Shown: piece by piece, positions 53,000-64,000 of the stretch
Position numbering within the stretch: the first letter of the stretch is position 1
Layout: every line of letters begins with the position of its first letter
NCBI RefSeq assembly: GCF_009914755.1
Contig: NC_060944.1
Length of the DNA stretch: 64,000 nucleotides
Reading direction: 5' to 3' (one strand)
Source of the DNA: the human T2T-CHM13v2.0 reference genome, Homo sapiens
Notes under the pieces: model-generated
What the model saw: the letters and a program-made list of their open reading frames with translations, nothing else
Told to the model about the DNA's origin: nothing
Databases searched by the model: none
Translations under genes and position numbers: made by a program

Positions 53000-53141
53000 T
53001 AGCGTGATGTGGTGGTGCACCTGTAATCCCAGCTACTGGGGAGGCTATGACGGGGGATCCCCTCAAGCCCTGTAGTTCCAGACCAGCCTGGACAACATAG
53101 GGAAACTGTGCAGCATAGACCCCATCTTAAAAAAAATAAAA
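53000..53141 (+). mobile_element. Alu monomer (FLAM-like), same position as 10411-10530
   Basis: cctgtaatcccagctactggggaggct...gaccagcctggacaacatag...aaaaaaaataaaa. Confidence 0.8.
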
Positions 53142-54414
53142 CATGACACAGCTGTGTATGCCTTGATTCCTGTAACCTACAGCTTCAAGGACAAGGTAAT
53201 AGGGACCAAGAGAGAAACAATGGACCCAGGACTGAGCCTGGGGCCTCCAGCACCCAGGTAACCTGGAGAAGTCCAGCTGCACAGGAGGGGGCATGTTTCC
53301 CTTCTGCCAGGTGATGAAAAAGAAAGCTGTGTTCTCCCAGGCTGTGTGGGGTACTATTGATCTCATGATCTGAATTAGTGAGAATTTAGGTGAGTGGCAG
53401 AAGTTCTCTATAATAAATAAGCAATAATAAGTGAACACTAAACAATGCTATAATAAATCATCAAGCACATAAACATCTACTAAAGGTGCAAGTGGTCAGG
53501 ACAAGTTGGCCAAGAGTTGAGATTCTGCACATTTGGGTTTTGAGAAATTAACATTCAGCATCTATGGTAGGAGCTTGGACAGAGCAGCCACTTGATTTGC
53601 TGGTTTCTCAAAGGGGAAGCCCAGAAGCTTCCTTTATAGAGTGCCTGGAGTTCTCTGGGGTCAAGCCTTCCCTTACACACACCCTCCCTCCTTCTCCCTC
53701 CCCACCAGATGCTTCTAGACCATGGGCCAATGTTGGTATCTCATTTGGTTTTGAGATGATGCCACATCATTGGGAAACTGTGATACTCATGGGGAAGGCT
53801 GCTGACAGCCCCTGCCGAATGTGACGAGAGGGCAGAGCCCAGTGTCTGAGGTCTGACTGTTTTGAGCTTCATGGGGAAAAGAGAATCCTTGGGACATTTC
53901 TGCTCAGGGACCAGTATATGAACAGTGCTCGTGGTTTTGGATTATAAGTTACCACTGACTTTCTCAAGGAGTGCATTCACCAGAGCAGAGCCAGTGACTG
54001 AAGAACCACACAGCCTAGTGAAGAGGACAGGGAGAGGCCTCCAGGAGCTCGGGTTGCTAGCTGGGGCAGGCTGGGCTGCGCCTGACTCCCTGGGCTGCAG
54101 ACTGCAGGGGACTGGCCTCAAGGGAAACAGATGGCTCTGAGCGGGAGAGCAATCCCCTTGGCATCTCTGGGTGGTCAGACTTTCTTATCCTGTTTGGGTC
54201 ACTGCTGGGATTTCCCTGTCACTGTTTGTGTAACCTTAAATATCAATTCCTTTAGCAAAGTGCAGTGACTGTGGAGAGTGGTTCCTGTTCCTGGTTGGAA
54301 TCCTGTTCAACTCAATCACTGAGTGCTGGAGCTGGAGCCAGAGGCCATCAGGACAGCCCTGCCTGCTCCTGTGGCCCTGCCTGCCCTTTCCTCCTGTCAC
54401 AGAGGGGCTGGATC

Positions 54415-54870
54415 CAGAGATAAGACTCACCTTGACCAAACCTTAGTTAAGCTCGTCTGAGCCACCGTCTTCCCTTGGCCTCAACCCTAGTCCCCAGCCC
54501 CTACCTCCTGCTCTTGCGAGGGCTGCAGTGGCCAGGTTTAGGAAAGAATCCTGCTAAGTCAGTTCAGAAAGAATCCCCTCACCCTTGGTATCTGATCACC
54601 CTCAACATCTGACCAAGTTCCTCATTTCTCAACTTTGATGTCTAAGGCTTTGTCCTGCCTTTAGCAAGAATATTGTTAGGTCAATTTAGCAAGAAACTCC
54701 CACATTTGATGTCTCTGCTTAGTAATTTTTTTTAATCTATTAACCCTGCTCCCTGCTCCTTGGCTATATATCCTCACTTGCCCTTTTTATATTCATAGTT
54801 GAGCTCTCTCTCTTTTATTGTGAGAGTGTTGACCCTATTGCAATTGTCTTGAGTCATCTCAACCAAGCTC
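54415..54870 (+). mobile_element. MER31-like ERV1 LTR (paralogue of 11822-12250)
   Basis: aagactcaccttgaccaaaccttag...agaatcctgctaagtcagtt. Confidence 0.65.
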
Positions 54871-57428
54871 AGGCTTCCAGCAGTGAAGCTCCTCATTGCC
54901 CTGCCCATGATGTTATCACTGGATGTCCTGCAGGCATCACCAGTTCTGTATGTCCATTGACCATCATTTTGCCCATAGACCTACCCTTCGACTAGTGTCC
55001 CCATCTGTGTTAGTAGCCCCATCCTTGCCCATGGCTGTGACAAGAGATATATTTGTGACAAGATATTCATTCTCTTGGTGCTTCTGTTTCCTGATTTGTA
55101 AAACAGGAATGACAATGATTACAATAGGCTGTGTAATAAGGAACTGCATGATCTCATTGGCCTATGGCAATGACCAGTTATTTTGCTCACATCTGCAGTC
55201 CAGCTGGGAGTCACTGACCTGGAATGGGATTGTCTGAGCTGGCTCTGCTCCACATCTGTGATCCTTCTCCAGGGAGATAGCTGACATTTTTCATATTCTC
55301 ACATGGCAAGAGCAGGGTGCAAGAGGGCAAGCTGAATTGCACAAACTTGTTTCAAACTTCTGGTTACTTCACACCTTTGGTTAAACTCCTTTGGTTAAAG
55401 CAAATCACACGGCCCAGCCCAAAGGAAGTGGTGCAGAAGTGCACTTTGCCATGGAGAGTGGGGTACAGGGAGTGAGTATTTTGAACAAATAGATTTAGTG
55501 TCAGGAAAACTAAATCAAATGCTTGTGAGTTGATAGTGCAGTGCCTGACATACCTATTGATTGATCAATTGATCTCATCTATCTAATCTATGTATATATC
55601 TATGTATCAAATCTATGTATCTGTCCATATATCATGTTTCCACTCTATTCCTCATCTTTCCCCAGACAATAATAATTAAAGTCCTGTAAAATTCTCTGAG
55701 TTGTATTTTCTTTCTTTTTTTTTTTTTGTTCTTCACATTGCCACAGCTATGAGAACGCTCATGGATGTCTTGTGACTGTCTGATCTTTGAGGAATCTTCA
55801 CTCTACTCTGTGCCTCCACTCCTGTGCTGTCCTACCCACCACAGCAAATCAGATTGTGATCCTTGGTTCACAGCCTCCCATGGCTTCCGAGTGTCCTTAA
55901 ATTGAAACTCTGATGAGTACTTGGCATCTAAACCTGTCCCTACCCTCCCTTGTGCATCCTGCAGGCAAGTGGGCTCTGGCCTGGCCTGAACTTTGGGCTG
56001 AGAGTCTGGACTGTTCTGCACCTAGAAATTTGCTCACAATCCTGAGTGCACCTGGTCCTGCACCTGTTTAAGATTTTTTGAAAGGCTCACCCTCCGGGGG
56101 CAGCTTGATGGGTTTGATAGTTCTAGTGCTATAGAAAGAGGATGCAAGCCGGTGAGAAGGCAGATGGAGAGCATGAAATGTAGGCTGGATTCAGAAGGAA
56201 AGGGCTGCCCTCCAGCCGCCCCATGGCAGTTGCAGACACCAGCAGAAACCACAGTCTATGGGGGAGGGGATTTTCCCCCTCTCTACCCCACATGGGGTGG
56301 ACTGTGGGTCTTTGCTGGGAGAGCTGTTCAGAGCATCCTGTATGCATTACCTGCTGCTGCATCAGCAGCCACCCTGAATTTTCCTAGCTGAAAGTCACGT
56401 AATGTATGGATTCTCACGACTCTGGAGCTGTCCTCGGCTCTTGCGCTGGTCTTGCTGGGTTCACTCGCGGGCTGCATTCAGGTGGGGTAGGCTGGGAATG
56501 TGCTCAGCAGGCACAGTGGGCATCTCTTTCCAGGTGGTCTTTTAGCCTTAAGAAGGTTAGAGGATGCTTTCACATGAAGACGAGTTCCAAGATCTTATTT
56601 CAGGAGCTCAGCGCCTAGGTGTGGCCCGGCCCCAGCCATTGCAGACTCCTGCCAGCCGTTGTCTCATTCATCAAAGCAGGTCACGTGGCCAAGCCCAGCC
56701 TCAGAGTGGGCGGGGCCTCACAGAGTGAGAGGCGAGGCCCCGTGCATTGTGGTTGTTTCCTGTGTCTACCTCCGCTCCCTGCACAGAATCCAGGAGAGAG
56801 ATGTGAGCCTGGACCAGTCTGATGTCGAAAATACAGATTTTTATAGATGGCTGTTTGAGGAAAATTTGGCTTCCTGTAATATCTGGATTGAGATGAGGTG
56901 TCCAGAGGAAGGCACTGAAGCTCAGGAGTCAGGAGCTGAGTTTACCCCGTCCCTCTCCAGGTTGGCTTAGAAAGTTCTAAATATCTGAGAAATAATCAAA
57001 CAAAAATAGGGTAGCCAATATGGGAGTCCCCAGTCCTGCTTCTGTTGTTTCTCTCCTGCATCACTTCATCGAAACTAAAGGTGGATTCCAGCTTCTTTAA
57101 ATATTGTTTTCTTATCTAAAGCAGTAGCCCTTCCTAGGTCCTTCTCATGCCCTTGGCTTCTCTATTTTTCAGCATGTCACTTTCTGGTTAGGGCGTGGTG
57201 TATGAAGGAGAGCTGGGCTCTTCTTCCCACATTGCTTTGCTGTTCTGATGTAATGTTTGGGTCCAGCACCTCAGCAGTGAGGAGAGCACACAGGCGATCA
57301 GGATCACTTATGTGTATCTGGGAAGAGTTAAATGCTGTCTTGTGTCTCCCAGATATGGGCACCAGTCAGGAATTGCTAAAAGGAAACAATTAAACCTCTT
57401 GTTTCTAGTCTTTCCAACAATTACTTTA

Positions 57429-57640
57429 TGAGATAGTTTGAATATACACCCCCATCAAATCTCATGCTGAATTCCAGTCCTGTGTTGGAGGTAGAACCTG
57501 GTGGGAGGTGTTTGGGTCATAGTTTCTGATCCCTCATGGCTTGGTGTTGTCCTCACAATAGTCAGTGAGTTCTCTCGAGATCTGGTTGTTAAAAGTGTGT
57601 AACATCTTCCTCTAGGTCTCTCTCTTGATCCTTCCCTTCG
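57429..57640. mobile_element. MST-type (ERVL-MaLR) LTR fragment
   Basis: caaatctcatgctgaatt...cctggtgggaggtgtttgggtcat...gtgagttctctcgagatctggttgtt. Confidence 0.75.
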
Positions 57641-58384
57641 TCCTGTCTATCTAGAAAGAGGGACCAGGAAAGGTCACTCTGAGGATGTGGCATGGGAGCT
57701 GGACTCTGCAGGAGGAGAAGCAGCCAGCTGCACCAACCCAAGGGTGGGGTGTTTCTGGTCAAGAACAGCCTGAACTGACCTTGAGGCAGAAATGATCTTA
57801 ACCTGTGGAAGCTCCTGAATGGAGTGTCAGGGACCGGCAGGCAGGAGAGGTAAGAAGACCGGGTTTGGTGGATGAGCAGATGTCAGTTCCCACCACGAGG
57901 AAGAACTCGTATTTTATTCAAAATGCAATGAGAAGCCTTTGAAATGATTTACTGGGACATAGCATAACACCTTATATGTTATTAGAAGGCTGACATGGCC
58001 ACACAGAGGGAAAAAAGCTTTTAGTCAGTGAGAATGGGAGGGTGGGGGACAGTCAGGAGGACATTGTAGTCATCCAGGAAAGGGAGGAGAGTGACCTGGG
58101 CCAGTGCAGTGGCCAAGAGGTGGAGCACAGGAGACTCAGGATGCCTGTGAGAGGTGGCATGGCAGGACTTGCTGAGGGCTGGGGTGAGGGTGCAGAAGGA
58201 AGGAAAAAAACAGAACTCTAGCCCAGGCCTCATGACGGGGCAGGAAAATTACTAAGCTTGAGGAGATATGAGGATGAGCAGATTGTCTGGGCTTGGGCCT
58301 CAGGGAAAATTTGAGAGCGTCCTTAGAGATTGTTGGGACATCATGTGTGTAGAACTGTGGATGTCAAATGCCAGCCCATAGATC

Positions 58385-58861
58385 TATTACTGAAGTGCCA
58401 GGGGCTTAGTCTAGGATTCATTGCTTGCAGCACAGGAAGCCAAACACTGAGACAACAAGTATTGTCAAGGAAGAAGGCTGTAATCAGGTGCTGCAGCTAA
58501 GAAGATGGAAGGTCAGTCTCAAATCCATCTCCTCATATGACTAAAATCAGGGATTTAAATAGCAGGGGAGAAATGTGCTCATATTCAGGAAAACAGGATT
58601 AGGGAAGTGTAAGGAATAGGAAATTGTAAGCAGGAATCATGATGGGTGAAGGTCCTGGCATCTCATTGTCCAGATGCTGTGATCTGGTGAGTGTCAGTTC
58701 CCTGATGCTATCTGGGAGCCCTGAAGTCTGATTTCCTGAGCAAGGAACTCAGAGAAGGCACATGTGAGTTTCTCAAGTTTTAAGACTGAAAGGGTCAATA
58801 TCTGTGTTTATTCAAAAGAAACCATAAATATCAGTTCTATGGGACAGTTGGGCCAGTTTCA
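58385..58861 (-). mobile_element. ERV1 (MER66-like, MER4 group) 3' LTR
   Basis: The minus strand starts TGAAACTGGCCCAACTGTCCCATAGAACTG, immediately preceded by the polypurine tract AGAAAGGGGGT (58862-58872). Confidence 0.7.
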
Positions 58862-61226
58862 ACCCCCTTTCTATGTATCGATTTCCAAATCATGGGGAAT
58901 CTGTTCATTGATCTTTCTGACTGCCTCATGCTGAAGACAAGGGTTGTGGGATAGGGGCTAAGAGCCAGCCCATTTCTGGGGGCTATTGTATGCTCAGCAG
59001 TGCAAAGAGCAAGACCTATTTCCAGGTAAGATTTGTCTCTTGGCAACTGGGGTCCCCTTGGCCACAAGTGAGTTTGCTAAGTTGGTGGGGGGTCTTAGAA
59101 CTTTATTTTGTCCCATACTATTGCTGGAGTGGTATACTACACTTCCTGCCATGGTTCATCCTGTTCCTCAGTGGAAAGCCTATGGCCAAGGGACTTACAG
59201 TCAAGAGACTTCCAGCCAATTAAATGTTCTAGGCCAGACAGCAATGGAGCTGGGCAGCTTCTCATAACCCCTCAAACACCCTTTAAGTAACTTAAGAGCT
59301 AAAAACTAAAAGCCTAAAAGTAGGGTTGCAGAATTTCTTGTGACTCAAAAGGAATTGCCTTTGCCATTCAAGGGGCCACACCCTGACCTGGGAGGCCCAG
59401 CCCCCCAGGCTCCCAAGCTGAGTTGTGTCTTCAGCATTGGCCAAGAGTAGTGAGTTCTTTTAAAGGTCTATGTAAGGACACACACAGCCACCAAAAAATA
59501 ACATACGTAACTAAACGTATCCTTCAGAATCAGCCCTTACAATCTCACATGCTCAGCTCTTCCACGACAGTGCCTGGGCCTAGAAGGACTGAATTGTTCT
59601 AATTTCTGGCTCTGTGTCTCATGAAAGCAGTTCATTTTGATTGCCACCTTCTCCTGACTCTGAGGATGAGGCTTTGACTAGTGTCAGTGTTCAACATTTA
59701 GCAAGAGTTGATGCCTTTTTCAGACCTAGGAGTCAAAGCCCTATAACTTAACAGTACAAGGATTAGTTAATAGGACATTTATCAAAGATGCTAAAAGGCT
59801 CAAGACAGTTGATCAAAACAGAATCATAGGTCATTGTAAAATAATAGTTATTCATTTAACCAAAGTGATCACCAAAAGACTTTAAAAGCAATGTAGAAAT
59901 AAAATTAGAGTAAAGGGGCACTCTACCCATAATATACAGATAGATGACTTTTGCTGTAAAAATAAGTTTCTGTCTACAACACAAAAGATCAAGTATACTA
60001 TATACATTGTGATAAAAACAGAAGCCAAAGCTTAATGAAATGTTTATAGACAAAAAAAAGAATATTTAGAAATGTGTGCTTCCATTTACTAATACTGCAG
60101 AAAGTTCCATCATTCTCTCCAATATGTCATAAATTAAAACACTGTGATTTTGTGTCTAGTGGTTACTGTCTGCAGCACTTCAAACCACCGTGTTAAAGTG
60201 GTTAGGTTACTTCTTGCCTCTGTCTAATTGCTAACATTGTCATGGCTGAATTATGACCAAAAGCATAAAAAATGTGATAGGCCCTATGCCAAACGTATCC
60301 AAGTGAGACAATTCAGTTTTTTCTGCATCATTAAAAATGGTAATAAACACAAATATCAGTTTTGGAGATATAGGATGAGGATAAATAATCTCCTTTCACT
60401 TAAATATTGAACGACAAAACAGAAACAAAGCAACAACAAGCACATGATAATTTATTTTCAGCTATTTTAAAAGGGCATCATCACACACTTTCAAAATTGG
60501 TTTCTAGATAGAGTACTGACAGCTGATTAGGTAACTTTCACCATTAGAAGTCTTGTACATATTTTGTTTTCAAGCACACACAAGAAGGCCCAACAGTGAT
60601 CAAAGGCATGGGATCCAAAATCACTAGAAAGTGTAACTTCTTAAAAATTACTGCTTAACCAGTGAATGTCACTTAGTTTTAATAACGGTAAACACAACGG
60701 AAGTAGTTTGAGGGAAATCCCAGTCAATGTAACTTCCTCCAGGACATGGCCAATCTTTCTGAACATAAAACTTTGTACCCATGTCACAGTTTCTCCTCAT
60801 TACCTAAAGGGAAAGATCTGAAACCAACTCAAATTATCGATTGAATTATCTTGGAAATGAACACCATTTAAACATTTTTACTCTCACCTACTTTTCCAAA
60901 TAACAAAATAAATAATTATTTCTGTTCAGAACTTATAAAAATGAGTTTATTTTTGGCCAGAAACCTCAAAGCTCTTATAGCTCTCTAGGTTATCAGAGGT
61001 AGGCAAAACCGATTCAGTTTTAAGTGGCTGGTGTGCTCTGTCATTGTTGGACTCTTCACAAAGGTAGTTTAGGAATTGTAGATAAGTAGAGCAAATTATG
61101 AATTTTTGGAAATGCATAGGGAACAAAACAACTATAAATAGAACCCAATACAAGCTTTCCATAAGAAACTCAAAAACATCAATGGCTTTATATCTGCAAA
61201 TAAATGAAAATTAAATGTGAAAACAT

Positions 61227-61384
61227 CCCAGGTGTGGTGGCTCACACCTGTAATCCCAGCACTTGGGAGGCTGAGGCAGGAGGATGGCTTGAGGCCAGGA
61301 ATTTGAGACCAGCCTGGGCAACCTAGCAAGATCCTGTCTCTACAAAAATTAAAAAAAGTAAATAAAAGTAAAAAAAACAAAAAA
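61227..61384 (+). mobile_element. Alu monomer (FLAM_C-like)
   Basis: ggtgtggtggctcacacctgtaatcccagc...gagaccagcctgggcaac...A-rich tail. Confidence 0.9.
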
Positions 61385-62301
61385 GGTAAACCAACCCTAA
61401 ATTTATCTCCTATTCAGTTTACCTTAGAAGCCACAGGTTATCCAGATCCTACAATAACAAATGATGGATATTTTTTTCCAGATGTACAAATTAATGTATT
61501 TTAGTCCAGCAACACCACTGAATTCAGACATTTACTTGACGCACATGGCCAGTACTGTAGTGCTAGTACTATCTATGCAGAATAGCAAAGGCAGTGTGAA
61601 ATAAAGCAATGCAAGCATTTATGTAAAATTTGGCTCCATGCTAAATCTGGCTTCATGTTTAACTAAATTTAAGAGAGAATTGTCCAACTACCAATGTATC
61701 TCTTTACAATATTTCTTATTTTACCTTCATCAACAGTAAGAGCTTTAACTATGAACAATGCTAGTTAGCTAAATTTCTCCAATTTTTATCAGGTTTTAAG
61801 TAATATTTTACTATCTAAACTTTTCAACTTTCCATTTTCTCTTATGTCCATGAAGACAGACACACAGAGACACAGGAAGAAATTACACATGACTTAACTT
61901 TTGAATTAGACAAAATTACTCTTTTTTTCAGTAAGGCTTTGGCACATTTTATATGCAAAATTATATATTAACTACAATTCTTATTCTTACTAACCTTAAA
62001 TCTTAGTGAAAACCTAGGAAGCAAGAAATCCTAAACTGCCTTTCAGATATTGGCATTTTATAGATAACAGCCATTTCACAATTTTTAAAAACATGTTTCC
62101 CCATATCATAAACCTTTCTTAATTGGAAATGACCAGACATCCAAGGAGCTTCTGTTACTTAACCCAAAATCACTTTAACATTTTAAACTACACAAAAAGT
62201 TCACCTACAAGCATTTATCTCATTTATATGTACTCAGTTTTTTCATTTTTAAAAAGGTTATCTAGACTCCTTCTGAAAACTGAGACATTAAACAAAGCTA
62301 G

Positions 62302-62931
<630 letters not shown>

Positions 62932-64000
62932 CGACCACTTTTTATATAGTTTGTGAATATCTGGTATCCACCTAAGAACCTTAAAGTTTAACATATGGAT
63001 ATTTTCACCAATAACTCAGAAGATCCAGCTGTCTTTATTAAACCAACACTAAATTAGTCTTCTTCATCAAAAAAATCACATGAACAAGGATCATTTTGTT
63101 TTTGCTGGGTTTATAGTTTTATAACTTTGTGTGCCAAACCCTGACACCTCAAAATATCTAGTAGAGACAAATGCAAAACCCAGACAAAAATGTATGTTGA
63201 CCATTCTGAAAACGTATCTGTTTTAATTTTACAAATAATTTTAAAGCCAGGTTGTTTATTAAAGATCTACCTAAGTTATATGAACTTAAAAATTATATAG
63301 TCTTATTTAATTAATTTATGAGTGCTCTTTTATTCATAAGCAAATTTAGCAGATATAATATATAACATTAAAAAGGTACATAGACACAAACACATCTAAT
63401 CATGTACACACAAAAACACACACAAGATCCAATAGATTTTACCTCAGAAATCTAGCCATGAAGTAGTAATACAAACTCACTGGTTTATAACACTGTTCTG
63501 TTCACATGTCTAAAGCTTTTTTACCCCATAGGTAATCCAACGAAGGCTCAGAATCAAAATTTAGGGTAAACTCATTTCCACGGCAGTTTGATTTTTTAAA
63601 GACCAAACTTCTCCGGACTGTAAAGAATACTGGGCCAAGCAACACCCCGGAAGAACATCATGTACTAAGCAGGCCCAAAAAACAGCAACATAAAGCCTGA
63701 TTACACACAACTCCATCCCACATTCCCATTCAACAGCAAACTCCAGATTCCCAACAGTATTACAAAAGATTATCAGTTTATCAAATTTGGTTTCCCATGA
63801 TTATATGAACACACACATACGAACAATCACCGAAACACAATTCAATTGTTGCAGTAACAAACAAGCCTCAAGAATGTTTAAACAGAAACAGCCAGACGGT
63901 TTTCCTCTTTACGTTGGTTGCGCTTATCCAACCTGCAAATGGAAATTCCCTTAGAATTTCCCAAATTGAGGGATCAGATCCCACTCTCTGGGCCCAAAAA

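Larger units (their letters stand above)
41665..58380. repeat. Tandem segmental duplication, copy B (pseudogene unit)
   Basis: Colinear with 1-16900; similarity stops at the LTR at 58385. The left boundary may extend further but cannot be compared within the window. Confidence 0.95.

Overview
This is mammalian genomic DNA; the protein match points to the human type-2 cystatin cluster (20p11.21). It holds one intact three-exon gene on the minus strand, CST5 (cystatin D; CDS 7397-7167, 5339-5226, 3992-3909; 142 aa; Arg46 allele). About 42.6 kb further along is an unprocessed paralogous cystatin pseudogene (probably CSTP1; 49914-46516, minus). The two lie in a tandem duplicated unit of about 17 kb (approx. 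1-16900 vs 41665-58380). The spacer holds a degenerate (ACC/ATC)n tract and three large L1s: a 5'-inverted L1PB, a full-length L1PA3-type element with TSDs, and an older L1PA whose 3' end was flipped by a later ~0.9 kb inversion. The window ends inside an ERV1 (MER4-group) provirus carrying nested Alus. I see no wholly new gene system. The most interesting signals come from comparing the two paralogues: CST5-specific p53 elements apparently born by CpG deamination, a TATA-like box flipped in the pseudogene, loss of all three inhibitory motifs in the pseudogene, and excess coding divergence in exon 3. Repeat family names and comparisons to proteins outside the window are from recall, not from a search; repeat boundaries are approximate.
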